DNA of 63,467 nucleotides, the filler included, from Sphacelaria rigidula (taxonomy: Eukaryota), in the NCBI GenBank assembly GCA_964200075.2. It is 8 parts of 8 records of this genome, joined end to end, with 100 filler letters (N's around TTAATTAATTAA, not from the genome) between each part and the next. Parts side by side here need not be neighbours in the genome. Positions count along the whole stretch, not along the records: positions 55,623 to 63,467 come from CAXNAA020013262.1; 7 more parts are not named here. One strand, written 5' to 3'. Positions 60,890 through 63,467 of this stretch are shown piece after piece. The notes beneath the pieces were generated by a model. That model was not told the DNA's origin. It ran no database searches and saw only the letters and a list, made by a program, of their open reading frames with translations. Both the position numbers and the translations under genes were made by a program. The stretch's first letter is position 1. Every line of letters begins with the position of its first letter.

Positions 60890-61895
60890 CGATAAAAACC
60901 GTTGTGGCTAGACTGGTGGTGGGGTCCTCCCTAATATGACGTAATTCGGTACCAACAGTAGATGGGCTGGCTGGAGCCTCAGGTGTGGGATCGTGCTTGA
61001 TGGCAGGTGCAGTAGTGGGCGTACTTGACATTCTCCTTACTAGTGGCGATGACGCACCTACACTCGGTCTCCTGGGAGGAGCTATAGGCGGACTAGCTGC
61101 ATGATTTGAGGTGGTGGATCGTCTGGGACCCCTGACAAAAGGGGTATGTGTGAGGGACACCTTAGTGACAGGGGTAGATGGACTGCTTCTTTTTGGCGTA
61201 ACTTTAGGTGGGGCTCGACGTCTCATCACCGGGGTAGTGTCGGTTGCCATAATGGATCTGGGTCTAACGACCTTAGCTGGTGATGGGGTTGCAGGTGCCT
61301 TCACCGATGCAATTAATGCCCTTTCATCCTCATTCACCACTGACCCACTGTCTGATGACGGTGCCTCCACCTTTCCTCCACCCACCGTACCACCAACACC
61401 TGGTGAGACGAAGTATTGGGACGTCTGGTTCCCGGACCCCACTGCACTGGTGAAGGCCCCAGCATATACTGCCGTACCCGCAGTTAGTGGCACTCCAACC
61501 CCCGCCTCCATGGTACTCTTAGCTATCGTTATTACACACTTGGCTAGCTTTGCTACACCCTTTTGTAGGGTCTCAATCGTGGTTGGTTGTGCACTCGCAC
61601 CATCATTGGCTGACACAAGGGACTTTGCCGTCTTCACCACTTCATCACCTGCAGCCTTAGTGAGGGTCATGGTAATATCGTTGGTGATGAGGATGCTGTT
61701 GTATTGGTCCAGGACTACTGCTGTCTCCATCCTCTTGGCTTGCATACTGTACCTTACTGCATCACTCCCCACCTTCTCCTTGACTGCATTCCTTGTGAAA
61801 ATGGTGAATCGACCCTCTGCAATGTCTTTCTTCATCAGTGACACCCTTTCTGGACCCCACAACTGGCTGTAACATCCCATGCACCCTACCGACAT
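60890..61895 (-). CDS. Long orphan ORF/exon, Pro/Ser/Thr-rich C-terminal half, unknown function
   Basis: 387-codon ORF 60732..61895 with a strong G|GTAAGC donor near 60890. Upstream continuation (61903..62124) is broken by a stop/frameshift. Confidence 0.45.
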
Positions 61896-62774
61896 TATCT
61901 CTCTACGTCAATCTCTCCTTCACCTCACTGGCTACCATACCGCCAGTACCATCAGTACCCACTATGGATATAGCACCATTGATGGGTTTGTCCTTAAACA
62001 GCACACCCGATATGTAGCAGGACATTCGGTCAATACGACCCATGAAGGTGATGCCACGCACTACCTCGTCAGGGGAAAGAAGCGTTCGCGCCCGAGCGGC
62101 AACTCCACGTGAGGCGGAAAGCACGTCATTCCCCTACGGAGTCGAGATCGAGAGAATACTTTATTGAGGAGGACGACTTGTCCCAGTCCGGCCCCGAACT
62201 TCGATGGTTGAACACACTTTCTTAATACCAGACCGTAACGCTACCCCGAACCCAAGGTCAGACCCGAGGCAACCCCAGAGCTTCCGGGTAGCGGGGGTGC
62301 CTACGGTGCCGGAGGGAGGCAAAGTGTTGCTTCGTTTTGGCAGGAAAAATCGACGCTTGAGGCGAGCGGTAGGAACTATGAGCCCTCCCAAGATATCTCA
62401 ATGTGATCGTCGGCACAAGAACCCAAGCACGATTTCAACCCGCCCAGATTCTGAAGCCGCAGTGGGACAAACATTCTACAGAGATTGAGTCAATGCCGCT
62501 GAGAACGCGATAAATGAAAACTGGGCGGGGGGGGTCGACAAGGCGAACTTGAAAAGGCATGGCGACGCGAAGATCTACGGCAATCCACCCTTCGCCACGA
62601 ACGAGGGGTTGGTGCGTTGAGAGCCGCTGTCGTCAGCACAACAACAGCAAACCCCCGCGAGGGACACCGGATGAGACTGGTCGAGATAAGGGTTCGCTTT
62701 ATTCCTGACTAGGGATGGCGGGGGGTGGCGGGGTACTCATGAGGGGTAGGGGGCGCGGGGGGAAGGGGGGGGGC

Positions 62775-62893
62775 GTACTCACTTATTGCTTGCCTTAGTC
62801 GTTTGACCATTGACCACGCACCCCTTTCGAGTCGGTGCGGGGGGCGCGTACTCATTTATTGCTTGCCTTGGTCGTTTGACCGTTGACCACGCA
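62775..62893. repeat. Two direct copies of a ~45-bp motif (inverted paralog at ~23559-23608)
   Basis: GTACTCA.TTATTGCTTGCCTT.GTCGTTTGACC.TTGACCACGCA occurs twice. Confidence 0.8.
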
Positions 62894-62902
62894 TCTCGCT
62901 CG

Positions 62903-63461
62903 AGACGGAGCACCGTTTCTACTCCTATTAGAGACGCCTTCAACATTACGGTGCCCATTAGTCGGTGCGGGGGGGAGGGGGGGGGGGACTGATGTCCTTG
63001 CACCCAACAACCCTGTGAGTTGATGATTTCCGCACTAGTCCAATATGTGTAGCTCTGTTTTCTTCTCATTTTCTTCCCTCTGTTCCTTTTCCCACTTCAA
63101 CTTCTATTTTATTCTTCCTTCTCTTTTTGATCTCGTCTAGCCGACTGTCCCTTCTGTTTGTTCGTTTTTTGTCTGCGCCATGTCGATGATAGTGTGGCGC
63201 TCTGGAACACCTCGCGGGTGCGCGATTTCCTACCGAAATTCTGTGATCCAGACCTCACCGAGTCTCGACCTACTGCCACCGCCTCGTCTTCTTTACAATT
63301 TCCTCAACTCGTGCCCTGACGGTGGGGGTATCGTTTTGTTTTCTCGGACCCGGTACTGCATCCTAACCAAGGGGTTTCCTTGTGTCAGTTTTCTTCACCT
63401 CCCTCCTTCCCTCTCCCGGTTTGCCTGTGTCTCTATTAGGAGTAGAAACGGTGCTCCGTCT
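62903..63461. mobile_element. MITE with 33-bp terminal inverted repeats
   Basis: AGACGGAGCACCGTTTCTACTCCTA(T/A)TAGAGAC at 62903-62935 and inverted at 63429-63461 (1 mismatch). Confidence 0.85.
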
Positions 63462-63467
63462 AGAAAG

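Noticed and set aside
61111..61872. 253-aa plus-strand ORF
   Set aside because: Antisense shadow of the longer minus-strand ORF.
1..63467. Fanzor/TnpB, Cas or other prokaryote-type defence system
   Set aside because: No RuvC motif set or operon-like structure seen by eye. A profile search would be needed to exclude highly degraded copies.

Overview
This window is not one contiguous locus. It is eight unrelated ~7.85-kb eukaryotic contigs (7848, 7846 x4, 7845 x3 bp, i.e. size-sorted) joined by identical 100-nt artificial spacers (N44-TTAATTAATTAA-N44), so nothing can be inferred from adjacency across spacers. Intron style, low-complexity exons and transposon families suggest a brown alga (Phaeophyceae); this is an inference. 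Host-gene fragments: a phase-consistent 7-exon minus-strand gene of unknown function (contig 2), a mitochondrial-carrier-family gene with a long N-terminal extension (contig 5), and one PEX1-like AAA-ATPase exon (contig 8). Most of the rest is decayed mobile DNA: an intron-containing Sola2-like transposase (contig 7), a DIRS/Ngaro RNase H + tyrosine recombinase remnant and a Gypsy integrase/chromodomain remnant (contig 6), pogo, LINE and tentative hAT/KDZ remnants, two tRNA-derived SINE families and many MITEs/foldbacks. I found no convincing intact novel system. The best leads are a possible virus-like primase/Zn-finger remnant, the spliced Sola2-like gene, a 110-bp hairpin MITE whose empty site lies in the same window, and an orphan ORF beside the PEX1-like exon. 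All protein assignments come from manual translation and motif recognition, not database searches.
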